64,000 nt of DNA from Mizuhopecten yessoensis (Eukaryota), in assembly GCF_002113885.1 (NCBI RefSeq), contig NW_018408747.1, forward strand, positions 692,485 to 756,484, in the 5' to 3' direction. The notes under the pieces are model-generated. The model searched no databases. It worked only from the letters and a program-made list of their open reading frames with translations, and had not been told where the DNA came from. Below, in pieces: positions 13,238 to 27,529 of the stretch. Both the position numbers and the translations under genes were made by a program. Position 1 is the first letter of the stretch. Each line of letters opens with the position of its first letter.

Positions 13238-14689
13238 TCACATTATAAATCTACAAATCAAGGTTACAACAAGTACTTTATCCCTAAATACTATTGTCAA
13301 ATTACTAATGAAAAAGTATCCAAAGGTTGTTCTCCAAACGTTTTCATTCAATGTTGTTTTATAAGTAAGACAGTCAGGTAGGTGTAATTGTAAATGTTTG
13401 GTTCTCGTCTAGGGTACGATTCCTCACTAGATTTATTCTTAAGGTGATTGCACTTCAATGTGGAGAAGATTCTGTCTAAGGCGACAGTGCTGTCTTGATG
13501 TCATCCTTGGGAATCTAAGTTCTCCAACCCACATGACACTGACAAGTCTACTGAGGAAGATAACAACGGAGATGTATCTATTTCACACTGGCGCGATAAA
13601 CATTTCGAATTTGTCATTTATTCCCGAAAAAGTATCCTCTAGTCTATCCAGTTCATTGTAGTGTGGCCTCGGGATTTGTGGGGCCTTGTATGGCTCAGAC
13701 AAGAAATAGGGGTCCGAGTCCCGTCGATTCTCCACACATCTCACAACGAGGCCACATTTCCGCCATTGTTACTCGCCCTGTCGACCACGCCCCTCCCATA
13801 ATGTGAAATGCAGCCACGTGCTTGCAGGGATAATGACCCACATTTAAAAACGTGACAAACATGGATTGTTTTACAGGGTACAATTACGTACTGTAACACG
13901 CTGTGATGATGAGCCCTTTAGTACCATCAGGGGTGATAAAATATTTGTATAGCCCATACACACATCGCACAGACTTAAACATGATGGCCGGTGGGAATAT
14001 TTAACATTTAGTGCTAAATGTTCGACCCGGAACAAGGTTCGAGATATTTAAGGAAACGTCTGTAGAAAAACGTTAAAAAAAGCCTTTGATGTCTGAGAGA
14101 GTTAACTTCATTCACAAGTGATGTACAAAGCATCGCCTGGTACTCTATTATTGTTGATAACGGAGAAAGACTTTGTTATCTATAGAATTAGTAATCGATC
14201 ACAACCAGAAAAAAACCATATCATTCTTTAATTTCATAATTATAATAATTAAAAAAATGACACATTGTGTTGAGTTTGTAAAAGTACACAGAAGAGTGAC
14301 CCGTTTTGTTACAATGATTAGTGAACATTTTGTTTCAATGATAATTGAGAAATAATATTATTGGTATCAATTTAAGACAGAAATAATGTACGAAATCCGT
14401 TTCGATCAATCAGTTTCTGTTGTTTAAAAACAAGCGGGATACACAGCTTGTATAGCTTATATCCTTATCCAATAGGTTTTGATAATAATAATTATCATTC
14501 CTTATATTTATTTATATGTGTACGTTGTTATATATGTTTATGAAATTGCATTTCATTATTTTGCCTGATTACTTTGTTACATTGATCTTGTTCATTATAA
14601 AATACTCTACCGGGCTGCATGTCATTAAATTTTGTATAATTTATAATTTATTCAAATGCGGATCCTTTTCACAGTTTACAGGATTATTT

Positions 14690-14883
14690 AATAAGTAACC
14701 CCCCATTCCCTATCCCCCATCCACCTCCATACCCTTCCTTCTCCACCCTATCCTCCCGTTCCCCCAAAAACCATATACATTGTATTTACCATAAGTATTT
14801 AGGAGAGGACTGATATTAAGTTGTTATAACTTGTTGTCCAATCCACTTGTATATTTGTACAATAAAATATATTTAAACTAAAC
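14690..14883 (+). mobile_element. CR1-like LINE 3' UTR/tail
   Basis: C-rich tract, then ggagaggactgatattaagttgttataacttgttgtccaatcc...aataaaatatatttaaactaaac; homologous to the tail at 10070-10115 (minus). Confidence 0.55.
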
Positions 14884-15139
14884 ATATCTTTATTATCAAG
14901 TGTCGTTACAAACAAAACAAATATAATTGGTCCATATTGTAATGAATAACAAAATCATTTTCTTATATTTGATATTCATGTAACAATACATTTAATTTTG
15001 TTTTCATGCTCATAACTATAAACATGTTAATGTATGGAGTTATATAGCAAAAATAAGAGGCTAACACGGCTGGTTACGTAGCTCCCTTATAGCCCAAGTT
15101 AGCCAGAGTGCTAACGTTCGCTAAAACAATTAATTGCGA

Positions 15140-16746
15140 TACTCATTCACGGCTACAGCGAGTCTAAATAGCAGATTGTCTCTCATTAACGGCTAAAATG
15201 ATTTAAAACGACATTATTGTGAAGCCCACTTTCAGCTAAAGAGTATCTAGACGTCATACTTTGTAGCCTATTCTAAGCTACAGTGAGATAATGTGCAGCC
15301 AATTGCAAATTACAGCTACACTAAGTCCCTGCGGCTCACTTTAGATCATTCACAGCTACATTAAGTCTAAACGGCATAGTCTGTTGCTTATTCACATCTA
15401 CAATGAGTCTTAACGGCACAGTTGTAGCTCACCGAATTTAAACGGCTGATTGTATAGATGATTAGCATCTATATTAAGTCTAAACGAAATTATTTGTAGC
15501 TCATTTACAGCGACAGTAAGTCTAATCGGGACACGTTGGTGCAGATTCACAGCTGCAGTGAATGCTAACGGCATACTTTGTAGCCCATTCACAACTGCAG
15601 TGAGTTTAAACGGCATACTTTGTAGCCCATTTACAGCTACAATGAGTCAAACGGCACAATTTGAAACCAATTCACGGCTACAGTGAGTCTAACGGCATGA
15701 TTTGAAGCACATTCACAGCTACAATGAGTCAAACGGCACAATTGTTGCACATCCACGGCTACAGTGAATGTAAACGGCATGATTTGTAGCCCATTCACAG
15801 CTACAGTGAGTCAAACGGCACAATTTGTAGCACATTCACAGCTACAATGAGTCAAACGGCACAATTTGAAACCAATTCACGGCTACAGTGAGTCTAACGG
15901 CATGATTTGAAGCACATTCACAGCTACAATGAGTCAAACGGCACAATTGTTGCACATCCACGGCTACAGTGAGTCTAACGGCATGATTTGTAGCCCATTC
16001 ACGGCTACAATGAGTCTAACGGCATGATTTGAAGCACATTCACAGCTACAATGAGTCAAACGGCACAATTTGAATCACATTCACGGCTACAGTGAGTCTA
16101 ACGGCACAATTTGAAGCCCATTCACGGCTACAGTGAGTCTAACGGCACAATTTGAAGCCCATTCACAGCCACAATGAGTCTAACGGCATTATTTGAAGCA
16201 CATTCACGGCTACAGTGAGTCTAACGGCACAATTTGAAGCCCATTCACGGCTACAGTGAGTCTAACGGCACAATTTGAAGCCCATTCATGGCTACTGTGA
16301 GTCTAACGGCATTATTTGAAGCACTTTCACGACTACAGTGAGTCTTACGGCACAATTTGAAGCACATTCACGGCTACAGTGAGTCTAACGGCATAATTTG
16401 AAGCCCATTCACGGCTAAAGTGAGTCTAACGGCACAATTCGAAGCCCATTCACGGCTACAGTGAGTCTAACGGCACAATTTGAAGCACATCCATGGCTAC
16501 AGTGAGTTTAACGGCACAATTTGAAGCCCATTCACGGCTACAGTGAGTCTAACGGCATGATATTTAGCACATTCACGGCTATAGTGAGTCTAACGGCATG
16601 ATTTGAAGCCCATTCACGGCTACAGTGAGTCTTACGGCATGATTTGAAGCACATTCACGGCTACAATTAGTCTAACGGCACAATTTGTAGCACATTCACA
16701 GCTACAATGAGTCTAACGGCATGATTTGAAGCACATTCACGGCTAA
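15140..16746. repeat. 41-bp satellite, ~38 units, degenerate on the left and homogeneous on the right
   Basis: Unit cacggctacagtgagtctaacggcacaatttgaagcccatt; period 41 (16082 to 16123). Confidence 0.97.
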
Positions 16747-17304
16747 ACGGCGGGTTCTCTTTTATTCATTGCTACATATAGTACAAGTCCACAGAGAACT
16801 CTGAAAATTGAAAGGACGTCACGGATTATAGGGGTATACAGAAGTTCTGGATAGACTGGATATCATCCGCCAGCAACGTATATATAAAACGGCAGTGTTC
16901 TAATTACTAATATTTATATTTCCTTTGTACAGCTCTTTGATAATCATTCCAACCAAAATGTTGTTAAAATCAAATAACAGCAACAACAATACACGTGATT
17001 GTTTTCCTCTCGGAACTTTTCTGAATTTTTTCGTCAAACTGATTGAATATTGTTGCCGATTGACTTTCGCCGCCTAAGAGCACTAGCAACCATAGAAAGT
17101 TGTGCCTTATTCCTGCACTATTAAAAAAACAAATATTATTAAATATTATTTAATAATTATAAATGTTAAAAAGATGCATTTCATTCATTAAACATTGTTT
17201 AACTAAAATGATATGTATATCAGTAAAGTCTAGACCATAATTAACACGGGTGTCACATGCACATCTTGATAAAATCTCACCAAAGCATATGCTATAAGCA
17301 TAAG

Positions 17305-17739
17305 TATTTTTGTTACACCTCAAGTGAGTTTCTAGCTATTTGATTGGTTGGGAGAAAATTAAACAAAAATATCTGTCACACTCCGAAAATACATTGGTTT
17401 TAAGGGGCGCGGGTGATATTGCCATGAGACAGTGAAAAATATCACTTGCGCGAAAAATTTGCGTTCACCGCTTCGTTTCCCCACCGTGATGGTCACAAGA
17501 ACGTTTGACGGCAACAGCCAATGTTATCAAGCGCCGGTGAGATAGCGATTGTAAACAGCAGACTATCAACAAACAAGATGTCATTATCGAGGTTTGCTGC
17601 CGTTTCTGAGCAACATATACTTTTGGTGTAACAAAATAGATATGACATTCATAAGCAGGTGACAGTGAATATTGTCAACCCTCAAAACCCCATTGTCGGG
17701 TTGACAATATTCACTGTCCCCTGCTAATGAATGTCATAT
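17305..17739. mobile_element. Non-autonomous DNA element with short inverted repeats and a long terminal palindrome
   Basis: ttttgttacacc (17308-17319) is inverted to ggtgtaacaaaa (17625-17636); immediately followed by a 42-bp stem (17640-17681/17698-17739, 2 mismatches) with a 16-nt loop. Confidence 0.7.
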
Positions 17740-17972
17740 TTATATACTGTACCACATCAATATCTGGTTGCTGATGATATTGTATGTTAAATATTAACCT
17801 TTGCATATATGTTCATTATACTGCAAATTAGTTAGAAGCATTCTGCTGTGACGTTCCAACTGTCATGCAATATTGGTTGACGATAATATAAGTGTTTGTT
17901 TTGTTATTTTGTTATTTTGTTCAAAGTTTACAACAATGCAAATATAGCATTGGTTGACGATGATATAAGTTA

Positions 17973-18178
17973 CCACGGTGGTTGAGCTGTTAAGGCGTCG
18001 GACCGTCAAAGATCATAAGCCCTCCGTCACGAGGTCGCGGGTTCGAGGGGCAGTCGCCAGGTACTGGCCACATGTCGGGGTTTTTTTCCGAGCACTCCAG
18101 TTTCCCTCCAACACCAAAACGTGGCATGTCCTTAAATGACCATAGCTATAAATATAACACAAACAACCCGAACAAACG
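17973..18178 (+). mobile_element. tRNA-derived V-domain SINE
   Basis: A-box-like tggttgagctgtt, B-box gggttcgag, V-domain-like ggtttttttccgagcactccagtttccctcc, tail gtccttaaatgaccatagct shared with the SINE at 38374. Confidence 0.8.
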
Positions 18179-19867
18179 CTGACCATTACACCGAAGGTGG
18201 CGTACATTTGTTGTATTATAATGATTTCTGTTTTGATATAGTATAATAATAATATTAAACAATTTATAACATAGGGTCAATATAATCACGCCACTACTTT
18301 CAATCGATATTTTTAGTCAATATGTTGATAATATATATAACAATATGATCCAAAATGGGAACAGATAAATTATATGAGGATCTTCCTTTTCAATCTAGCA
18401 TACAAATTGTCAACTGACAGTGGTGGAAAACAAAGCAAGAAAATATCACTTGTAGATATTTTCTTTTGTGTTTTTTTGTGTTATTAATTAACACCGACTA
18501 CAAGTAAGATGATGTTTAAGTACATGTACTATATACAAATATAAGAGCATTTTTTATTTTGTTTGTTCTCTTGGTTGTTTGCTTGTGTTCTTCATTCTTC
18601 ATCTATTTTTTTCATTATGTGTCATTCATTATAATTGAATTTCACAAACACCTCTTACATCCCCATGATTGTGGAAATAGTGAATTTCAACATTATATTA
18701 TATTTGAGTCCTAAAATAGCTTCTACGAATCGAAGATGCGTTTTCGCTTTCTTTCGAATCGATATATTTTTATGCCAACATCTAGATAACAATAGACAAG
18801 TAACACGAAACAGCCATGGCTTACACTGTATTAACCAGCCGGCATTATAAATGTCGTGACCGACTTCAACGGGGATTGAAATGAAAAGATGCCAACTATA
18901 TAATTCTAGTTAAATTACACCCACACGAAGCACGTGAAAATCAAGAAGATAAAACGATGAGATAGGAAATGTAAACGTCATGTCTGTCAAAATGAATTGG
19001 AATGTCCTTCACATGATCAATAAAATGAAAGCTTTTTTACTGGATAGATAAACCATTATTGTTTATGAGAAAATGTCTGACAACAATATAATACTATATA
19101 TAATTCCGAAGCCTTTTAGTTTTATGCTATATATTTACAGAAAAAGTGATACAAATACAAATGCTCGCTTATCTATAACGCTATACTGATTCAGATGCTT
19201 CACATTAAAAACAAATACAATGATTTAAAATGTTCACCATATACAAATTTAGTTAAGTCTGTTAAATGTAAATATGTGATAAAACCAACAGCTTATGTCA
19301 CGCTTTTTGACATCTTTATTTGTGGTTGGTCAAATACTCCAAATAGAAGAATTATTAATGAGCACTTATTCTTTGTGTAAAAAGTGAATAAATAGGAATA
19401 AATAAGGAATGACCAAAACTTCCCATGTCATGTTGTTAATATATATAAATTTATAAATATAAATCCATGCAGGCCTTGTTTATTTGTACTTGCATACATC
19501 AATTAGCAGATTTGATTAAAGTGCGTGCAATGTTCAATTATGTATCAATTAACTAGAAACACAAAAAAAAATTCATTAGTAAGTACAAAGAAGCACAACC
19601 TAAAATGTTTATGAGATAATATGCTTACTATAAGATGGTTTCGAAGAACCATTTACCAACTGATCTCATAGATTATGACCAAAGTGCATGATATGCCAAA
19701 ACATCTCTGCTGAGTCGGCGTTTCATGCAACACAATAACATTTTTTTAATATTCTTCAATATTGTATTCAATAACAAAGTACCACGATTTTTTAATGTGT
19801 CTGTGGGGCATTCCTGCTCAGACATTGATGTATTTTGGGATGTCGCCAAGGCTGACGCGCACGTGAC

Positions 19868-20145
19868 GTATTCGATTTTGTAAGATTATCCAGACTGACA
19901 AATCATTGAGATTTTCACATTAACCCGACTTTAACGAGTTTTGCCGACAAGAATTCACTGGAAACTGAAAATTAATTTAAACAATTGGCTATGTATATTT
20001 TCAATGCGATGTGTAAGAACATTTATCAGTAAGCATAGATGTTTCAGTGATATCCCGGTTCTAGAGTTTTAATTATTTTCACGGAAAACCCAACCCCGGC
20101 AAGTTTAATTTGATAGAAAATGGATTTCTGGCTAAAATCGAATAC
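19868..20145. mobile_element. MITE-like element with ~25-bp imperfect TIRs
   Basis: gtattcgattttgtaagattatcca versus reverse complement of the right end gtattcgattttagccagaaatcca. Confidence 0.55.
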
Positions 20146-21139
20146 AACCTCATAAAACACACAGTAAACAACCATCAGAAGAGCAGACATAAAATAGCTG
20201 ATACAATCTACAACACCGTTTGAGCTCCAGTAAGCAGAAATATCACAACTGATAAGCCATACACTACATCAAATATGGACGTAATCACCCCAGGTTATGA
20301 AAGGAAGTGACGTCATTGTGTAGTACGTATGTAATACAGATATTGTTTTGTTTTGTAATATAATCTTTATTGACATACAAAACAAAGTCAGTAGGCAAAC
20401 GAATTGGTAAAATATGTACAAAAATGTATTTATTCATTTAATTTTAGATATCTTTCTCTGTTAACTGCTCGGAATACAATCAAATGAAATTACAGAAAAA
20501 TTAAAAGACAAACTTATCTACATAATGTAAATCTATTCTTTAATTCGATTGTTTAAAAAGTAGGTATAAAAACAATATTTTCAATGAACAATAATTTCAA
20601 TAAAATCATATACAGTATCCTTACTAAGTGAGTATAACATAGTTATTTTTATACAACGTAAGACAAATTGGTATTCACCAGACACCAAAACAAACAAGAA
20701 TTCGATTTTAAAATGTCTTATACAACTGTCCTTCAGCGGATAATTTCAACCAAGCTTCAATGTGTACTGTTTTATTTTCACTGACCGTTACTTTTCAATC
20801 AATATGATATATGATTTAGTCTAAGATGAAGTTATCAAAAAACAATATTTAACATCACATAATGATCTAAGATAAATTCATCGAAATAAAAAATTAACCT
20901 CAACAAAATGAAACGTTTTCCAACAAAAAGCCCAACAACAGTTATTCAACAACAAAAATTATCAAACAAAACCAGTACACATTATATCACAGCTGATACA
21001 AATTATGGTCATGCCACATTATTTCCGTATAGTATAAGTCTTGTATCAAAATGTTGAAGGGAGAACATTCGTTCCGTATCACCAGCTGAACTATATAAAT
21101 GAATATATATTAAGACACGTGTATATGTAAACAAAAAAT

Positions 21140-21430
21140 AGATAGAAAATACCGAAATGTCAAAAAAGAACCGTAACTCGAGTTCAAAACCGACGAACGA
21201 AGCAACGGCAAAATATTAACGGATGCACGATTTACATTTACACGAGGAGATCCTTGAAAAAGTATAAGAATACTAAGACCTGGCGTTCTGGAAGAGTAAG
21301 CGTCTTCTGCTTTATCGACGATACACCCCTGTAAATATAGGTAAAATCGAAGTCATATCACGTCCTGATTGTGAGAACTAGTATGGTGACAACAAAACAA
21401 CGAGACACACCAATCAGCATAATAAATTTT
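21140..21430 (-). mobile_element. Penelope-like 3' tail remnant
   Basis: Minus strand gcagaagacgcttactcttccagaacgccaggtct resembles the tail at 7470-7500. Confidence 0.5.
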
Positions 21431-21599
21431 TCATATTATCTAACTACTCAGATCCAATACATATAATCAAAGCATTGTTTTATCATGTTTATGTTTTTTT
21501 TTCATTTTTTTTCAATTAATAAAATGGGACTTATATTAATGCTTAGTGCTATATCCGTCCATTGATGGTCCATTCTGATGTTGTCAGTTATCATGTTGT

Positions 21600-22200
21600 A
21601 TCAGTATAAATGTTATTATACTTACTGATAGTATTTGTGTAATTTTCACTTCATTCGATATTATTAGCATAATTTTGATACCCTTTATCATTAGTATCAT
21701 ACTTGGTGATACTATTTGTGTAATTTCCCATTTCATTTGATAGTATGACTGTAATAGTCTTACATTGTAACTAACAGTATTATTGTTATTATACTAAGTG
21801 ATAGCATTTGTGAAATTCCCACATCATTTGAGAGTATTTAAGTTATTGCCATACCTTAAAACAGTACTACAATGAATTATTATTCTCACAGATAATATTT
21901 GTGTAACTCCAATATCATTTGATAGTGTTAGTGTTATACCATACCTTGTAACATTATCATTATTATTATATTTACTGGTAGTAATTGTGTAATTTTCATA
22001 CCTTGTAACATACATAATGTAATTGGTATTTTACTTAATGATATTTTTTTGTGATTCCCATAGTATTAGTGTAATTTGTGTACCTTATACTAGTCTTGTT
22101 GTTATCAATCTACCTTGGTTTATTTTTTTCTTAAATTTCGTATCTTGTAATAGTATAAGTGTAATTGACCATACTTTTGCAATATTGCTATTGTAAAATA
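21600..22200. repeat. Highly degenerate tandem repeat, ~90-100 bp units
   Basis: Recurring tgatagtatttgtgtaatt...catttgatagt...cataccttgtaa. Confidence 0.6.
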
Positions 22201-22909
22201 AAAACTTGAAGAGCAATATATTTTAAATTATAGTAAATCGAAGTAGAAAACCCTAACAAAGAAAACAGTGTGTGGCCTTTCGTCCACTTCGGACTCATCC
22301 TAAGTAATAAAGGTTATAAAATAATGAAAATCCCTATCGAGGTTTTTTAAATACAAGTAGAGCAACAAGAAAAGGGAGGACGACACCTTAATAAACCACT
22401 TTATAATGTTGTTAATTTTCAACATTTGGCTGAAACAAATAAGTAGTTCTTATTTCACGTAAACCGTGCCAGCAAAAATAATTCCATCTCAAAAATTTAA
22501 TAAATAACATTCGTTATGATGGAGTAGTGTCATTATTATTATTAAATGGACAATTGCAACAGCATTATCTAAAATTACACAGAGGCCACTCTTTATACAA
22601 TTACGAGAGATTATAAGCATATGATCATAACTTTTGATATAAATAGTGTTATATTTAAAGTATTGGTACAGTATTACAATTAAACGCGATGATAATATTG
22701 ATGTAATTATAATACTTTTCAAGGTATGACTGTAACTATGACTCCTTGTGATAGCTATGGATGAGTAAAACAACTTATACCATGAAATAGCATTATAGCC
22801 CAAATCATACCTTGTGATTATTTTTCATTTCATCAGATTGTGATTATTTTAATGTAATTATCATACCGTATGATAATATTTATTTCGTAGCTAATGAATG
22901 AATCTTACT

Positions 22910-23288
22910 GCTGACTTTAATGTTGAACGTTCGCCTGGTTGCGGAAGGCAATGGGTTCTGTCCCTTTGCCGGGATACACTAGAGTCCCAAAACTGGTAGT
23001 TGTTATTCCCTTCTTAGCGTTCAGCATTTAGGGAAATGACAACAAATGGTTTACCCGTTGTCAGTATAATAATGTGACCAGGCGGAATGCTGTTCTGTGT
23101 ACCTTCTTCATGGTATTTCAGTGTGGTAGCACTTTAGAGTTGGCATCAGATCCTCGCTATCACAAGGGGTTAGTACACCAACATACCCTGCCTCCATCAC
23201 ACATACACACATGCATGCACATACTACACATTTAAATCACCGTAGCTCTTGATAGGAAACTAAATCCTATAAAACAAAACGAAACCAA
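22910..23288 (+). mobile_element. Diverged, 5'-truncated Nin/Deu-domain SINE copy
   Basis: Collinear with 38520-38899: gttga.cgttcgcc, gttctgt, ttagcgttcagca, cccgttgtcagtataat, tttcagtg.ggt.gcact, gctatcacaagggg. Confidence 0.85.
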
Positions 23289-24289
23289 GTGTTAAAATAA
23301 TTCACAAAAAACACTTTTTTTTTCTTTCTAACAATAATATTAAAAACATAGTAACATAATTATAAATAATAAAATTAGATATATTTCCAAAATATCTAAT
23401 CTCCAAACTGTTGCATATATGTATACATCCTTAATACCAATGTGTATGCGCATGTGAGTAGTCTTTATTGCGTCTGCATGTCATTCATCTACGAATCTCT
23501 GACTGATTGCTAAGATGATATCCTTCAGAAATTCGGCATTATTTTACTATTGGAAAGTCACAGAAAAGAACATAGAAAATATTAAACCACATCTCAATAC
23601 ACATGTAAAGAAACTAAAGGGATATTTCATGGTACCAAAGAAGTTTCCAACTGGAATTAGTCTATTTAAATAGGATTAAAAATAGATCTGTGATGGAATA
23701 AAAAGAGAAAATTGGAATTATCCCGACCCTGCAGTAACAACAACACAACCACAATGAATACAAGGTTTAAAGAATCCCAAAAATGTCCAGAGTCCATATT
23801 TAAGTACAAGAAAGATATCTGTAAATAAAATAAAAAGCTCACTCTTTGATTGTTGATCCGGGTCCATAGAGAGTTTACCAAGCAGATTTACTCCAGAGAT
23901 TATACCCCCTCTCCCATTTGTTATAAATTCAATACCTTTAAGACTTAACTGTTATTGGTATATTGAATTTGTTTTGTTATAATCAGATAGAATACACGCA
24001 CATTGTGCGAGAGCCAATCGGGTCTCACAAACGAAAATAATCAGAATACGTATTTGTATTGTGGTGGGACGTATAACAAGGATGGGAAAATGTAGGAAAA
24101 TAATATTTAGCGAAAGTCGCTCTTGCGTTGCACTTGACAAGAAAAAAGCTCAAACATGGATAGGGATAAGTCTGTTGTTGTGGGAATCCTATACCGTGTA
24201 GGGTTGCTTATCCTGTATGAGAACTTCGACGTTGCCTATTGTGTGAGTCCATGACGTATTTCCTTACTTTGATGTTACCCAAGATAAAA

Positions 24290-24700
24290 TTATAATTATA
24301 ATATACAATATTTGTATAGCGCCCTACATAATTTGAAACATTACTCTAAAGGGCTTTACAACATATGGATCATAATATTAGTTATAATTGATAAACAGAA
24401 AAAGGCATACAAATCACAATTATACCTTAAGTCAAAAGGTAAGAAGAAAATCATCTCAATATGCATATCTATGAATATATAAAGGCCAAGGGTGGTGTGT
24501 ACATCACGCCTGGCAAAGAGCCTTAAATGCTGACGTGAAGAGGTGGGTCTTTATATCCTTCTTGAATTTGACCAGTGTCATTCACTTCATAATTGCAGAT
24601 GGTAAAGTTATTCCAAAACGTTGCCACAACCCTCCCAAAGCACCGGTTTTCATATATTCTAATGCTCTCTATCTTTATTGGATTTGATATTATCCGTTTG
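24290..24700 (-). mobile_element. L2-clade LINE 3' remnant
   Basis: Minus strand FWN.LPSAI...TLVKFKKDIKTHLFTSAF (L2 ORF2 end, frameshifted) and tail tgtaaagccctttagag...gggcgctatacaaata. Confidence 0.8.
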
Positions 24701-27149
24701 AATCGACACGTTATTTTATTTTTTAAACGAAGCCCAGATTCATGTTACATGATGTGGCGTTGTTCATTGTAACGCTACAAAGGACGTCCAAATGAAGCAA
24801 TACGATGTTGGACCACGGGCTTTTATATTAAAGCTTGTGTTTCACCTGTAATTCTATCTAACCGACTACGCGTTTACAATTGTTCACGTCACTGTTTACT
24901 TTAAAATAAACATTAACATTCTAAGATATTTTTTTAAGAAAATAAAAAATATAAAATAAAATCTCTAAAAAAACGAACATCACATGGAATCAAACTTGTG
25001 AGCAACATGCATCAACCAGTTCCTGTGGAAGGGAAATTGCTAGTTTACACAATGAATATCCCCTTGTGGTGTCTTCTGACATCAAGAAGCAAACAACTAC
25101 ACAAAATAAAGTATAAAAAGAACACAAGACAAAATGGGAGACAATCTACAACGTTTCCGCTTTATAACATTACTATGCGTTTATTATGTCAAAGAATACA
25201 ATGAAGCGAAACTTTACGACAAACTTTCATTACAGGATTTTTTTAGGTAAAAGAATCTTAACATGACTGTTCGTACATTGTATTTACTGGTGAAATGAAA
25301 AGAGGATGTCCACAATATTAGCAGATTATACGTCAAGGTTTCAGTGTCGGGTATGAAAATAAAGTAGTGCCCACACATCAGGTATTTCTATATTTGGAAA
25401 GTACGAAAGTATGAGATGAGCGCCGTATAAATGTATGATGACGACTGATGAAGGACATCATTTTAAGCTCGGTTGAGGCGTAAACGTAATGTTACAGCAT
25501 TCTAACATTCAAACTCGATACAGCCAAATAAGGTGAAATAATTGGCATGTTTCAAATCTAATAAACTTTTCTCATTACAAGCCTAACTATCAAACTTTGG
25601 TTCAATTTTTATTCTTTTTGACGAAAATGGAATATAATCTACTACAGCATTACGATAGGAGCTCGAAGACCTGGTTAGCAGCTAACATGTAATTATGTTC
25701 ACCGGTCCGGAAAAATATGGAATGGTCATATGTACCGGGCCTAAATTTAGGATTGGATCACTGAAATTTTATCATAGAGGATGTAATTTACCAAGACATT
25801 AACGAAAAGAATTGAATTTCACAGCTCAACGAGTTTTCCTTGAAATCATGCAGCCGCGCTGTACAAAGTTCTCTTCGGCCTCGAAGCTCCCGTATTTGAT
25901 GACAATTTTCGGACACAAAATGGCCGCGGCACCCATTCGGAAGCGATGTCGTTAGGAAGAAATGGTCACCCCGAGCTCAAATCGATGAAGTGAGAACACT
26001 TTATTACTGGGAGTTAATGAGATGTCACTTCACAGGGTCTGGCCGGCCAACTGTGCGCTATGATAAGATGGAGCCGAGACGCTACAATCACGGTCGCGCG
26101 GCCTTTTGGACCAAATCGACATCACCAGAACCCTTGTCTTGATCGAGACGCTTGACAGTTGCTCATATATTTCACCCGGGTTCTTTGATGTAATTTCTGA
26201 TAAAGTAAATAATGCTCGGCAATATAAGGGAAATGACAGACAGACGGACATATAAATCACGTCGATACGGGATTAATGGGTAGATGTGGCGAGGATTACC
26301 GAAAGATACACTGGTAGTTGTCATTTCTTACAAAAGAAGTCAGACTTTCTTTTAAATAATATAAAAAGGCTTACAACTGCTCACATAAGTAAATAAACAG
26401 AATTTATTTTATTCATCACTAACAGAACTAGTTTCAATGTATATACATATATACGTAATGAAAATCCCAGTGATCAATTGTTAACGTGTACCTTAAATTC
26501 ATATCAATGTATAGTTGCAGGCAATCCCCATTTGTTTCCGTCATGAAGAATGTGTAACATTGAAAAGTAAATTACATAATAAAATATAGGATAATTTCCC
26601 AAATAAATAAAATCATAAAAAGACTAAGAATCGAAGCGATCAGATCATATTAATAAGTAATCACCATGATATCTTACTCAACAATCATCTTCATGTTTTA
26701 GGATTTTTTTTGTTATTACAACTTAGTCACACACATATACAAGTACTTATAGGTGAGTAATTTCTCCAATGTAAAGGACTCCTCATTTGTGCATGATTCC
26801 CCAAATCCAGGTTTAACCTCAAAGGTTTGTGACTGCTCAAAAATTGTAAGGGAATCTTTAAACCAAAGGGAATCCTCAAATGGAAGGAAATCCCCCAACG
26901 TTAAGGACTCTCCAAACGGACTCGTTCCAGAAATTAGCAGAAATGTCCAGAACTACTTGCCATTAATCATTAAGAATTCGAATAAGAAGATACCCCAGCG
27001 TTCTCTCCTTCAAAAATCATATATTGAATGACCAACAATATGATAGTAATGGCCACCTTCCTACCTAGGTCTATAGTATTTACCTAATGATATTACCTAT
27101 TATCTTACTACCGAACTCTATGACATGTATGTATATTATTAACATAATG

Positions 27150-27350
27150 ACAGTATGACATGAATGGTCACCTGACTACCACCTGTATGACATTTTCCTC
27201 CATTGTAAAAATGATGATCAGAGTATGAAATGAATGGTCACCTGACTACCAATCTGTATGACATTTTCATCCATTATGAAAATGATGATCACAGTATGAA
27301 ATGAATGGTCACCTGACTACCAATATGTATGTCATTTTCCTACCGTATGA
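27150..27350. repeat. 70-71-bp tandem repeat, ~3 copies
   Basis: gaatggtcacctgactacc at 27162, 27232 and 27303. Confidence 0.9.
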
Positions 27351-27529
27351 CATTTTTGTCATCTAAATACTGAAATGTATGACATGTATCTAAATTATGA
27401 CAATTAATTATGATCAACTTACTAACAAACTATCTGACATTTAATTTCATCACGAAAATAAGGACGACAATCCTACCGAACTGTATGACCTTTCCCTACG
27501 TCATGGCAATAATTGTCACTTTAATAACG

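Noticed and set aside
8740-16746. Regular 41-51-bp arrays as CRISPR-like
   Set aside because: Head-to-tail units with no unique spacers, no cas genes, eukaryotic context.
17973-18050. tRNA gene
   Set aside because: A/B boxes are present but there is no complete cloverleaf; it runs into a SINE body and tail.
26753-27031. 92-aa ORF with SPNVKD-like repeats
   Set aside because: Looks like a decayed ~18-bp repeat; GTG start, no homology or convincing exon boundaries.
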